A stretch of DNA of 64,000 bases, from positions 4,452 through 68,451 of the forward strand of contig JAFSEB010000075.1 in the NCBI GenBank assembly GCA_017435905.1, given 5' to 3'. Made by a program: the position numbers and the translations under genes. The notes under the pieces were generated by a model, which did no database searches, was not told the origin of the DNA, and saw only the letters and a program-made list of their open reading frames with translations. The DNA is from Clostridia bacterium (GTDB lineage Bacteria; Bacillota; Clostridia; Christensenellales; CAG-138). This document shows positions 63,425 through 64,000 of the stretch, piece by piece (within the stretch, counting starts at the first letter, position 1; every line of letters begins with the position of its first letter).

Positions 63425-64000
63425 TTATTTTGTCCAGTCAAGGATAACTTTGCCGGATTCACCGCTGTTCATAGCCGCAAATCCTTTTTCATATTCAGTA
63501 TAGTGGAAGCGGTGGGTAATGATGGGGGTAAGGTCAAGACCCGCCTCGATCATTGCCATCAGCTTATACCAAGTCTCATACATTTTGCGCCCGTAAATGC
63601 CCTGAAGCGTGAGACCCTTGAAAATGACGTCATTCCAGTCGATGACGGTACCGGGACCTGCAATGCCGAGAAGTGCAACCTTGCCGCCGTTGCGCATGGA
63701 TTTGAGCATCTGGTTAAGGGCGGCACCGTTGCCGCTCATTTCAAGGCCTACGTCAAAGCCTTCCACCATGCCGACCTGCTTCATGGCGTCTTCAAGCTTA
63801 TCATGCCTGAGGTTGACGATAGCATCGGCGCCCATTTGTTTTGCAATGTTGAGCCTGTATTGGTTGATATCTGTTACAATGATGCGCCTTGCGCCGTTCT
63901 GGCGGCAAATGCCTACTGCCATCATGCCGATGGGGCCTGCACCGGTAATGAGAACGTCTTCGCCTACCACATCGAACATAAGGGCGGTGTGCGTTGCATT
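63425..64000 (-). CDS. tdh: L-threonine 3-dehydrogenase, C-terminal part; the gene continues beyond the window end
   Basis: ...[44 protein letters not shown]... and the C-terminus ...[10 protein letters not shown]. The minus-strand frame stays open to the window edge. Confidence 0.85.
   Translation of the reverse strand, partial: NATHTALMFDVVGEDVLITGAGPIGMMAVGICRQNGARRIIVTDINQYRLNIAKQMGADAIVNLRHDKLEDAMKQVGMVEGFDVGLEMSGNGAALNQMLKSMRNGGKVALLGIAGPGTVIDWNDVIFKGLTLQGIYGRKMYETWYKLMAMIEAGLDLTPIITHRFHYTEYEKGFAAMNSGESGKVILDWTK

Noticed and set aside
1-64000. I searched for CRISPR arrays, tRNA or rRNA genes, transposases, integrases, prophage genes and recognisable defence systems (RM, TA, Cas, abortive infection).
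   Set aside because: No regularly spaced direct repeats, no cloverleaf-type sequences in intergenic gaps, and no recombinase or nuclease motifs of those families were seen. Intergenic space is small and is accounted for by promoters, terminators and the two leaders.

Overview
This 64-kb chromosomal window comes from a spore-forming Firmicute that looks Clostridia-like. It is moderately GC-rich, and about 85% of the genes sit on the + strand. All protein calls rest on conserved motifs I recognise in the translations, plus RBS context and synteny; no database search was possible.

The content is mostly core housekeeping and sporulation genes:
- sigG, then a conserved block yqfC-yqfD-phoH-pgpH-ybeY-cdd-era (no dgkA)
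- pdp, polA, coaE, lspA, rluD, zapA, a U32 peptidase and mutS2
- a response regulator / histidine kinase / HtrA module
- bofC-like, then ruvC-ruvA-ruvB followed by a coiled-coil protein and a YjgR/DUF853 HerA-like ATPase
- a convergent minus-strand pair: a SulP anion transporter and a PII-type P-type ATPase, each with its own cis-regulatory leader
- a 12-kb capsule/EPS-type locus (36.5-48.6 kb)
- parE/parC, an SSB-like protein, an FAH hydrolase, rqcH, gerM-rdgB-ysnB
- a NitT/TauT-type ABC importer, rpmB, two small ORFs and kbl-tdh

No rRNA, tRNA, CRISPR array, transposase or recognisable defence system was seen.

The items most worth a second look are:
1. An unclassified leader of about 330 nt upstream of sulP. 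It has a closing helix of about 29 bp that starts at the predicted TSS, and a small terminator-like hairpin directly against the RBS.
2. A tandem pair of fused Wzz/BY-kinase genes. The first has a degenerate Walker A/A' but a 15-tyrosine tail. The second has intact catalytic motifs and no tyrosine tail.
3. The EPS-type locus itself. It has regulatory and accessory genes (LCP, CpsB, kinases, an S24-like peptidase, NTP_transf_5, an ABC exporter) but no glycosyltransferase, flippase or polymerase. Two adjacent genes in it are disrupted, one by an in-frame TAG and one by a 1-nt frameshift.

The ATPase leader is a recognisable yybP-ykoY (Mn2+) riboswitch with a terminator.
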